A stretch of 61,769 bases of DNA, counting the filler, from Hemiscyllium ocellatum (taxonomy: Eukaryota), in the NCBI RefSeq assembly GCF_020745735.1. It is 4 parts of 4 records of this genome, joined end to end, with 100 filler letters (N's around TTAATTAATTAA, not from the genome) between each part and the next. Parts side by side here need not be neighbours in the genome. Positions count along the whole stretch, not along the records: positions 49,399 to 54,633 come from NW_026867531.1; positions 54,734 to 61,769 come from NW_026867444.1; 2 more parts are not named here. One strand, written 5' to 3'. This document shows, in pieces, positions 51,758 through 61,769 of the stretch. Both the position numbers and the translations under genes were made by a program. Numbering within the stretch: position 1 is the first letter of the stretch; each line of letters begins with the position of its first letter. The notes under the pieces were generated by a model that did no database searches, was not told where the DNA came from, and saw nothing but the letters and a program-made list of their open reading frames with translations.

Positions 51758-53634
51758 TGTTATTCGAATACCTGATATCATTTTGTTTCACATACAGAAC
51801 ACAAGTAGACATTTTCTAATAAACATATTCAGAAATGTTATCTCTGGGGCAGTGGGGATTTGAACTCACGCCTTTTCTCTCAGAGACAGAAATTCTATCA
51901 CTGCAACAGAAGAGTTGCTCATAAAACGCTTATCTCTCCACGATGATGGGAAATGTTTCCTACAACACCAAGGTCAAATCTAATTATGGGCAATCCATTA
52001 AAATTAGAACAATAAATTAGAATAATAAAAATTGCAGTCTGGTATAAGAACAGATACAGAGAGATGATCGCAAATACACACGTAATGACACATATATGGG
52101 CTCTCACCTAAAGACACATATTTATGTGCACACTCAAATGTGCATATAGATAAGATGTCACACACGCATACTCGCACAGAGCCACACATGCAAGTGGTAC
52201 TTGAACACTCACCTAAGCTCATACAAAAACTCACATACACCGAAAGAAAATTATTTGCACAAATGAACAGGGGTACTCACACATAACCATGAGAAATATA
52301 GACACACGGTAACACACAAATGGGCATGAATACATATACGTTCATACAGCACAATGCGTACAGACATACACGCATGAACACACAGATACAAATTCCGAAA
52401 AATGTCCTCCCACATGTCAACTCATACAGGCACGTAAGTGCACAGAGATAAATATTAATATCATTATTTCCCCATTTTCAGAATCACAAACATACAATGA
52501 CAGAGGCAGCTTAATTAGTTATTTTTAAACCACATTGATCAGCATGTATACAATGTCACACGTACACACAAATTCAGAGTCTCACATGCAGACACACAAG
52601 TGCATAGATCAACAAATAGAGGGGCGTTTATTAAATAAGGAGAATGGGCACAAGCATCAGCAAGCATCCACACACAGTAACACAAACAAGCTTCTCAGGA
52701 GATGGTTTGGGAAAGATTGCCACACAAGCAAACATCATCATATAAATATAAACATCCATCAAAACATAACATTGCATGCTAACATTTATTAAGCATAAAC
52801 ATTAAGGACCTGAAACAGACACATAAGCACACATTTTAGATAGCACTAATGAAAAGTGAACACTCACAAAGACATTACAAGATAAGCATAGGCAGCAACA
52901 AAATGGCATATTAGCATGATGATGCTTACACAATGTGAACAGACCAAAATTTCGGTGCACAACCACATGAGCACACCAGCAGTAAAGGAACAGGAATATG
53001 TTTATTCATGCACAGACACCAACATGGGCAAGAGTGAAGGAAGAGACTCTCATAACCACATACACAAACATTAAAGGGAAACCAAACACACCAAGCAGTA
53101 GGTCAAATAAATTAAGGGACACATGTACAAAAACTTATTCCTAAATATACAGATCCTACAAACAAAAATGTGAAGCAATGTCCTGACTGTGATGTCACTT
53201 ATATTCACGATTTGCCAAGCAATTGGTCACCAATACATAAAGGTGAGAATCACATTTGAACTTTTATTCAGTGATGGCCACAATTTTCAACTAAAGTGCT
53301 GTCACAGCCTATATTTAAAATATAATGATATAATTAAAATAATCATTCTAATAAGTATTCCTCAAATAATAGCATCCTGAAATAATAGATTAAAAGAAAA
53401 ATAATTTAAAACGTTCTGACATGGACAATGAAGAAAGAACATGTGCAGTTCGTATTTGTAATTTCTTGCTGAGAGTCAATAATGCACTGATGGATACAGA
53501 TAAGAGTCACACTTGAGAAATACCTGACTGCTTTATGAAGATGTAATGGTCTCTAATTACATGACTTGGATGCACATAGATCGATCTGGATCAATAAACG
53601 ATCTAAATGCGTTCTCTCGGCTTTATATTCATAG

Positions 53635-53910
53635 ATTCAATAAATCGCACTTGGATTGAAGACTATGAGGATGATAACAGCAACATCTGGACAACTGCTT
53701 CCACGTTCATCACCTTGTTCTTCCTGAGTATTTTCTACAGCGCTGCCGTCACTCTGGTGAAGGTGAGAATAATCACATCTTTCTCACGCCAAGCAGCCCA
53801 ATATGTTTTGTGAAATCTCTAAGTGTGCCATTGAATAAACATTAAATCTGAAAGTCCCTGATCATAAATATCTGCGTCATTGCTTTATCTTTCTTTTCCA
53901 GGTTAAGTGA
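53635..53910 (+). CDS. Ig heavy-chain membrane exons TM1 (53635-53762) and TM2 (53902-53910); isotype (IgM, IgW or IgNAR) undetermined
   Basis: Acceptor TATATTCATAG, then (D)SINRTWIEDYEDDNSNIWTTASTFITLFFLSIFYSAAVTLVK|GTGAGA; acceptor TTCTTTTCCAG then GTT AAG TGA (VK*), giving a KVK tail; CART-type TM motif; candidate AATAAA at 54339-54344. Confidence 0.93.
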
Positions 53911-54633
53911 ATGAATTGTGGACCCCTTTGATTTTCCTGATCTGCTTATCAAGGTCTCTGAATTCCCAATCTACAATCTGTCCTGTTGCTGACTCTAACA
54001 GTGAGATCACTTCAGTTTATCAGTGTGTAACTGAGACAATTATTGATGGATTTTTGTTTTTACTTTGATATCTTTGAGATGGTTGTGGTTGGAAGAATTT
54101 GTAGCTTCCCTGTTGTTTGAAGCCCATTTGTTTTGTTTTTATTTGTTCCTTACTCAAATGGTTGCCTACCCTTTCTGATGAGCCTTTGTATTCCCTTTCT
54201 TGTGACTGTTACTGATGTACAGAAAATTCCCACCTCACAGCGCTGTGTTCTCGTCTCAATGTGGCAACCAGCCATTTATATTCACTTCTGTTAGCATTAA
54301 CATCAATTTTTTGGATAAAAATGCTTTCTGAAATGGTTAATAAATCTCGAATGAATATGCAGTAACCTTGAGTTTGCATCATTCTTTCTTCAAGGCAGTC
54401 AGTATCATACTTTTCCACAACCTACTCCTTCCCATCCAATACTTCACTTGTTCTGTTTGGTTGTGTTTCATCCATCATTTAGTTAAATTTACGCTTGCCA
54501 TGCCGCCCCTAATGTAAATACATCTTTCACACGATATGCCTGATGGAACACTCCAGAGGCAGAATGATTAGAGAACATTTCCTCTTATGCACCAAGGGTC
54601 ACGGCCTCGGTCACGTAATGATACAAATTAGGA

Positions 54634-54733
54634 NNNNNNNNNNNNNNNNNNNNNNNNNNNNNNNNNNNNNNNNNNNNTTAATTAATTAANNNNNNNNNNN
54701 NNNNNNNNNNNNNNNNNNNNNNNNNNNNNNNNN
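54634..54733. other. Placeholder gap with six-frame-stop linker
   Basis: 44 N + TTAATTAATTAA (54678-54689) + 44 N. Confidence 0.98.
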
Positions 54734-55272
54734 TTGACCACCCTCTGAGTGAAGAAATGTTTCCTCATCTCAGTCCTAAATGGTCTACCCTGTATCCCCC
54801 TGAGCCTGTGTCCCCTGGTTCCAGACTCCCCAACCAGGGGAAACCTCCTCCCTGCCCAGCCCTGTTACAATTTTATATGTTTCAATCAGATCCCCTCTCA
54901 TCGTTCTGAACACGAGTGAGTCCATGGCCAGGCGAGTTGGAGAATTGGAGAGTGAGAGGAGAGTTGAGAAGAAATGTTTTCACCCAGAGGGTGGTGGGAG
55001 TCTGGAACTCACTGCCTGAAAGGCTGGTTGAGTCACAAACTCTCGTGACATTGGAGCAGTGTTTAGATATTCCCTTGTGTTGCTGTAACCCCAGGGTAAT
55101 GGGCCAAGAGCTGGAGGATGGGATTAGTGTCATCAGATCTTTGTTTACCAGCACAGACACAATGGGCCAAATGGCCTCATTCAGTGCTGTTCACATCAAT
55201 GACTCTGAGACAAAGAGAGTGAGATCGAGAGAGAGAGAGAGGTACAGTGGCGAGAGAGAGAGAGAGAGAGAA

Positions 55273-55370
55273 GAGGAAGTGTGAGGGGCTGACGTGGCTC
55301 TCTCTGCCTGATGCCATTTACATACTGAGGAACACCCAGTCAGACTCTCACAGGCTGCAGCTTTATAAAG
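55273..55370 (+). promoter_or_regulatory. V-kappa promoter
   Basis: PU.1/ETS GAGGAAGT 55273-55280, TGACGTGG 55290-55297, octamer variant ATTTACAT 55316-55323, TATA-like TTTATAAA ~55362-55369; ATG at 55430. Confidence 0.65.
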
Positions 55371-55429
55371 CAGAGCCCAGTGAAGGGAGAGTTTATCAGG
55401 AACCAGGCACAGGGACAGGAGCACACACC

Positions 55430-55965
55430 ATGATTTCACACATCCAGCTGATCTGGCCCCTGGCATTCTGTGTCGCAGGTACAAATCTCTCTCCTTCCAC
55501 CTTGAATCTTTAGCTGCTCTCCATTTCACTCCAATTCCACTGACTTGTGATTGAAGGGAAAATGCTGAAACCAGAGGAATGCTCAGTGTCTCCAACAATC
55601 TCTCATTTGACCGGCTCTTTCTGTGACAGTTCTGACTTCACTGTGTTTCTCTCTGACCCCTCAGGTATCAATGGGGACATCATCATGACCCAGTCTCCCC
55701 CGGTGCTGTCAGGGGGACAGGGCCAGACCGCAACCATCACCTGTACGGCCAGTCAGTGAATCTGTTAGCAAGTGGGTTGCTGGTACCAGCAGCGAGAAGG
55801 TCAGAAACCCTCTCTCCTGATCTATGCTGCAACAACTCGATTCACAGGAGTCTCCGATCGATTCACCGGCAGTGGATCAGGGACCAGTTTCACCCTGACA
55901 ATCAGCAACGTTCAGAATGAGGATGTCGCTGACTATTACTGTCAGCAGGTTACAGCAACCCTCGA
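55430..55965 (+). pseudogene. IGKV: Ig kappa-type V segment with two in-frame stops in CDR1 (leader 55430-55478, V exon 55665-55965)
   Basis: Leader MISHIQLIWPLAFCVA|GT; V (G)[92 protein letters not shown]; stops TGA 55757-55759 and TAG 55766-55768. Confidence 0.88.
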
Positions 55966-55993
55966 CACAGTGACACAGAGCTGTACAAAAACC
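55966..55993 (+). other. 12-RSS of V-kappa
   Basis: CACAGTG + ACACAGAGCTGT (12 nt) + ACAAAAACC; consensus heptamer and nonamer. Confidence 0.97.
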
Positions 55994-56429
55994 TCAATAT
56001 ATAAAGCACTACCTCCTGTACTGACACATCCCACAGTTACATAAAATGTATAATAATGGACACACAGTCCCACCGCCTGAAGTGATATACCACAGTTCGA
56101 TCCAAATGAAACTGATCAAATTACCCCAAACTGGGATTGCCACTGTCCACGACACACTCCAATCCCTGTGGTGTCTCAACGCTCACTGAAGGCCTCAAGT
56201 TTCCCTCTTACACTCCATGGCCATATGTGAAGAGCTGCTGCAAGATTTAACATCGAAAAATAAATTTCACAAACCTCCCGAGCCCAGCTGGAAACACCCA
56301 GAGAGACAGAGAGAGAAAGACACATGAATGAGGGAGAGACAGAGAGGGGCAGGGAGAGGGTGAGAGTGAGTGAGAGACAGACAGAGACAGAGAGAGGTTG
56401 ACAGTGATAAGAGGGAAGCAGAGAGCTGA

Positions 56430-56468
56430 GGTTTTTGTACAGCCTCTGCACTGGGAGCTCTCACTGTG
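56430..56468 (+). other. 23-RSS of J-kappa
   Basis: GGTTTTTGT + 23 nt + CACTGTG; consensus. Confidence 0.97.
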
Positions 56469-56501
56469 GTACGTTCGGTAAAGGAACCAAGCTCAGACTG
56501 A
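56469..56501 (+). CDS. IGKJ: Ig kappa-type J segment
   Basis: GT ACG TTC GGT AAA GGA ACC AAG CTC AGA CTG A|GTAAGT = TFGKGTKLRL with FGXG; the phase-1 donor matches the phase of the C exon at 14413 (A+GC = Ser). Confidence 0.95.
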   Translation, partial: VRSVKEPSSD

Positions 56502-57779
56502 GTAAGTAAACCTCAATCCTCTGTTATTAACCCTGTCAATACTGAAACACACTTTCTAAAATACAGTTACTGATTTGTTGAAGGTGTTAGTGGGAGCTGC
56601 AGTGAATGAAATGGTTGATTGAGGAGCACTGTGTCTAACAGGGTGTCCAGCTGTATTTCTTTACTTTCATGCCCTCTTTAAAAAAAGCAAGATATAAGTC
56701 AGTAAGTTTTACTCACCGTGTGGAGGAGCTCTGTCCATTTGCAGCCTGTGGTCCCATTCCTGCAGCATGGAGTGAAATCAGTGAGTAGCCTCCTGCCAGT
56801 CTCAGTGTGACGGACACGGGGCAGAGTTTGATGTGAGCTCTGGCTCCCTGTCCCAGTCTCTGATCTCACTGACCTCAGCAGCAGCAGCAGCAGCAGCAGC
56901 ACAGTGAGACACCGAGCTCCCACCTCCCCCAGCTTTAACTCTGCTCAATCGCACAATCACAGAATTGTTACAGTGCACAAGGAGGCCATTCTTCCATCCT
57001 GTCTGGACTAGCTCTCCGAATGAGCAATTCACTGAGTGTCATTCTCCTGCCTTCTCCCTGTCACCCTGCACATTGTTCCTTTTCAAATAACAGTCTCATT
57101 CCCTTCGGAATGTTTCAATTGAAGCTGCCTCCACCACACTCTCAGGCAGTGCATTCCACACCTTAACCACCCACTGGCTGAAAATGTTTTCCCTCATCTC
57201 ACTTTTCTTACTTTTCCAATTACTTTCAATCTGTGGCCTCTCGGTCTCAATCCTTTCACAAGTGGAATCATTTTCTCCCTATTTACTCTGTTCCAGGCCC
57301 TCCTGATTTTGAATTTCTGGAACAATTCTCCTCGCTGCCTTCTCCAAAGACTTGAAGGTGCCGGTGTTGGACTGGGGTGGACAAAGTTAAAAATCACACA
57401 ACACCAGGTTATAGTCCAACAGGGGGTTTATTTGGAAGCACTAGCTTTCGGAGCGCCCCTCCTTCATCAAATGGTTGTCAGCGGCGCTCCAAAAGCTAGT
57501 GCTTCCACATTAACCTGTTGGACTATAACCTGATGTTGTGTGATCTGTAACTTTCTCCAAAGAAGACAGTTCCAAATTCTCCAATCTATCTTCATAACTG
57601 ATATTCCTCATCCCTGGAATGATCTTTGTGCATATGTTTGCCAGCTCTACAAAACATCACCTCCTTCCTGCATTATTCACATTATTTATGTCCCTCATGA
57701 TTTTATAAACCTCTGTAAGGTCACTCCTCAGCCTCCGGCACTTCAGGGTAAAAGATCTCAGCTTTTCCAGCCTCTAATG

Positions 57780-59700
57780 GTCACGGAGTCAGACAGCGTG
57801 GAAACAGATCTTTCAGTCTAACTTCTCCATGCTAACTAGATATCCAAAACTGACCTCATCCCATTTGCCAGCATTTAGCCCACATCCCTCTAAACCCTTC
57901 CTATTCATGTACCCATCCAAACATCTTTTAAATGCTGTAATTGTATCCGTCTCCAGCACTTTCTCTGACAGCTCGATCCATACACGCACCACCCTCTGTG
58001 TGACAAGTTACCCCTCAGGTCCCTTTTGGATCTTTTGCCTCTCATCTTAAACCTATACCCTCTAGTTTTGGATTCCCTTTCCCAAGGCAAAGACCTGGGA
58101 TGTACACCCTGTCCATGCCCGTCATGATTTTATAAACATCTATAAGGCCACCCCTCAGTCTCCGATCCTGCAGGAAAAAATAACCCGTCTATTGAGTCTC
58201 TTCCGACAGCTCAAACCCTCCAGTTCCAGGCAACATCCATGTAAATCTTTTCTGCAGAATTTTAAGTTTAACAGCATCCTTCCTTTCACAGGATGATCAG
58301 AATTGTTCACATTATTCCCAAAGTAGCCTCACCAATTTCCTGTACAGCTGCAAATGATGTCCCAACTCTGATACTTAGTGCAGTGATCAATAAAGGCAAG
58401 TGTACCCAACACCTTCTTCATCTCCCTGTCTCCCTGTGACTTCACTGTCAAGGAATAATGCCCCTGCNNNNNNNNNNNNNNNNNNNNNNNNNNNNNNNNN
58501 NNNNNNNNNNNNNNNNNNNNNNNNNNNNNNNNNNNNNNNNNNNNNNNNNNNNNNNNNNNNNNNNNNNNNNNNNNNNNNNNNNNNNNNNNNNNNNNNNNNN
58601 NNNNNNGTTGAGCAACACTCCACAGGGCCCCACCATTAACAGTATAAGTCCTGCCCTGGTTTGACTTTCCAAAATGCAACATCTCACATTTATCTAAATT
58701 GAACTCCATTTGTCACACATTTAGATCAGAGTGGTGCTGGAAAAGCACAGCAGGTCAGGCAACATCCAAAGAGCAGGAAAATCGACGTTTCAGGCAAAAG
58801 TCCTTCATCAGGATTCCTCTAGCCGAAAAGTCGATTTTTCTGCTCCTCGGATGCTGCCTGACATGCTGTGCTTTTCCAGCACCACTCTGATCTAAACTCT
58901 GGTTTCCAGCATCTGCAGTCTGCACTTTTGTCCATTTGCCACACCTCTGCCCATTTCCCCAAATGATCAAGGTCCCACTGTACTCTCAGATAAGCTTCTT
59001 CACTATCCACTGTACCACCAATTTTGGTGTCATTTACAAACTCGCCATAATTCCTATATTCACATCCAAATCATTTATTTAAATGATGAAAAGCCATGGA
59101 CCCAGCACCAATCCTTGTGGCACACAGCTGACATCTGATCTCCAGTCTGAAAAGCAACCCCTTACCACCACTCTCTGTCTCCTATCTTGAAGTCATTTTT
59201 TTACCCAAATGGCTAGCTCCCCTGGATCCCATGTGGCCTAACCTTACTAATCAGTCTATCATGTGGAACCTTGTCAAATGCTGAAGTCTATATAGACAGT
59301 GTGTACTGTTCTGCCTACCCCAATCTTCTCTTCAAACAACCTCAATCACGTTAGTGAGACACGATTACCATGCACAAAACTGCATTGATTGTCCAAATGC
59401 ATGTAAATCCTGTTCCTCAGAATTCACTCCAATAACTTACCCAGCAATGACATCAGTCCCACTGGTTTATAGTTCCCTGGCTTTTCCTTAAACAATGGCT
59501 AACATTAGCCAACCTCTCTGTTCTCCAGAACCTCACTCATGGCTGTCAATCAGAAACATACCTCAGCAAGGGGTCCAGCAATCTCTTTCCTAGCTTTCCA
59601 CAATGTCCTGGGATACACCTGATCAGGTCCTGGAGATTTATCTACCGTCTTGCACTTTAAGAAATCCTCTTCTGTAATGTCTTTCTCCATGATAAATACT
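57780..59700 (-). mobile_element. Decayed CR1 LINE with nested Penelope fragment (~58710-58930) and a 139-N gap (58468-58606)
   Basis: ORF pieces MEFNLDKCEMLHFGKSNQGRTYTVNG and RGYRFKMRGKR; collinear with 20285-21683. Confidence 0.8.
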
Positions 59701-61769
59701 GACCTGGAATATTCATTTAAGACCTAAACCATTTCCTGTGGATCCACCCAGAGGTACATTGTTCATCTTCATGGGGCCCTATTCTCTCTCTAGTTACTCT
59801 TTTGCCCTTTTCTTATTTACCATAATTCTACCACTTTTGCCCTTGAGTAAGTTCAGGAATTGTTTGCCCTCCTTCAAATGTATCTCGAATATACCTGGTC
59901 CACATCCTCTACTATTCTTTTCAGGACTTTCTTGCCAACCTTTGATCCCACTTTATTTGGATCCGTTACATCCATATCCTACAGAAGCTGGCATTTTCCC
60001 CAGTGAAGATGTTTGACCCTGAAAAGGCCTTTGTTCTTTTCTACCATCACCTTCAACTTTGTGATACAATGATCACTCTTCCTTAAGTGTCCTCTCACTG
60101 ACACATGATCCACTTGGGCCTCCTCATTCCCAAGATCCAGATCTAGCAGAGCATCCTTTCTGGACTGGAAACATGCAGCTGGAGAAAATTCACATGGACA
60201 CACTCTCACGACCCTGGCCCTTCTCTGTCCTTCACACTGCTACTACCCCAGTCTATATTCAGAAATTAAAGACTCCCCCCCCACCCACCCCATTTATAAT
60301 GACTATTTATTTGCAGGTCACTGTAAATTCCTTGCAAATGTATTCCTCTAAATCTTTCCCACTGGCTGGTGACTTATTGACTGCACTGATGATTCTGTAG
60401 ATTTGTGTTCCTCTCTGACAGTCCCTCCTGACTCCCACAGCCCTGCCAAGTTAGTTTAAACCCTCTCCAACAGCACGAGTAGATCACCTCAAAGGAGCTC
60501 AGTGCCAGCTCTGTTCAGGAGCAACGCTGTCTGGTCTATCAGGTCCCATCTCCCCCAGACCCAGTCCCGATGTCACAAGAATCTAAAACCCTCCCTCCTG
60601 GATCCTCTTTCCAGCCCCACAGTCACTTGTGTTATCCTCCTGCTCCTCTTGTCACTTGCCTGGGGCACTGGGAGTAATCTGAAGATTCCTACTTTTGAGT
60701 TCCTGATGTTAATTCCCTTCTGAGCTCCCTAAATTTCTGACTGCAGGACTACATCCCCTTTCTCCCTCTGTCACTGGGACCGATGTGGACCACGACTGCT
60801 GCCTGTTCCCCCTCTCCCCTCAGGGTGCTCTGCAGTCGCTCAGTGACATCCTTGACCCTGGCACCAGGGAGACAACACACCATCCTGGATCTCCCATCTG
60901 CAGCTGCAGAACACCTATCGATGCCCTCACTCTCGAATCTCCTTTCACGATCAGTCTTCCAGTCTTACATTATACCCCCCTCCCCCAATACAGCTGAGCC
61001 ACCAGTGGTGCCATGGTTTGGCTCTGGATGCACTCCCAAGATGAACCATCATTCTCATCAGGATTCCAAACTGAATCCTGGTTGGAGAGTGGGATACATT
61101 CAGGGGGATTCCTGTACTAGCTGCCTGGTCCTTTTGGACTGGCTGCTGCTCCCCATTCCCTCTCTCCCTGCATACTCTGAAGCTGCAGAGTGAACATCTA
61201 GAAACGTGCTCTCCACGGAGCTCTCAGCCTCACGACGCTCCTCACTGACACCAGCTGCTGCTCAAGCTCCGAAAATCCGGAGCTCAACTGCTGTCACTGA
61301 CACACTTCCTGCACTCATGGTATTCCAGGAACTGGGAAGCATTCTGAAATTCCCACATGGATGCACACTTTCTCCACTCTTTGTTTGTCTCTGGGCAAAG
61401 TTCTAATGACAAACAGCTCCAGCAGGGCTCACAGTCCAGTGGGTTCAGTGTTCCAGGGTTTTGGGAAAAACTCTCCAGAAGTCTTTAAGAAACAGGAGCA
61501 GAAATCAGCCAATCAGCCCATTGAATTGCTCTGCCATTTGATCTTGGCAGATATGCTTCTCACCCCATTCTCCTGCCTGCTCCACAGGAACGTTCGATCC
61601 CCTTAACAATCACAAACCTATCTATCTCTGTCTTTAATACACTCAGTGACTTGGCCTCCCCTGCCCTCTGTAACAATGAGTTCCACAGATTCACCACCTT
61701 CTGGCTGAAGAAAGTCCTCCTCATCTCAGCTGAAAGGGTCGGCCCTTCATTCTGAGGCTGCACCTTGGT

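Overview
Eukaryotic genomic DNA from a cartilaginous fish, probably an orectolobiform shark (inferred from the repeat families and the antigen-receptor gene types). The window is four pieces separated by three 100-nt placeholder gaps (44 N + TTAATTAATTAA + 44 N), so adjacency between pieces is unproven. Piece A (1-21683) is repeat-dense and holds an intact Ig kappa-type light-chain constant exon on the minus strand. Piece B (21784-49298) is AT-rich and holds a two-exon GPR139-like GPCR, a decayed NAR-TCR-type cassette (a supporting V-delta pseudogene and a possible NAR-TCR V remnant, plus strand) and a ~3.5-kb tandem array of four TCR alpha/delta-type V segments (minus strand). All four of those V segments have 24-nt RSS spacers. 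Piece C (49399-54633) holds a young CR1 LINE and the two membrane exons of an Ig heavy chain. Piece D (54734-61769) holds a kappa-type cluster: promoter, leader, a V with stops in CDR1, a 12-RSS, a 23-RSS and J. The J-C intron of D is an inverted paralog of the right end of A. All alignments, counts and family assignments were done by eye or from recalled family motifs; no database search was run.
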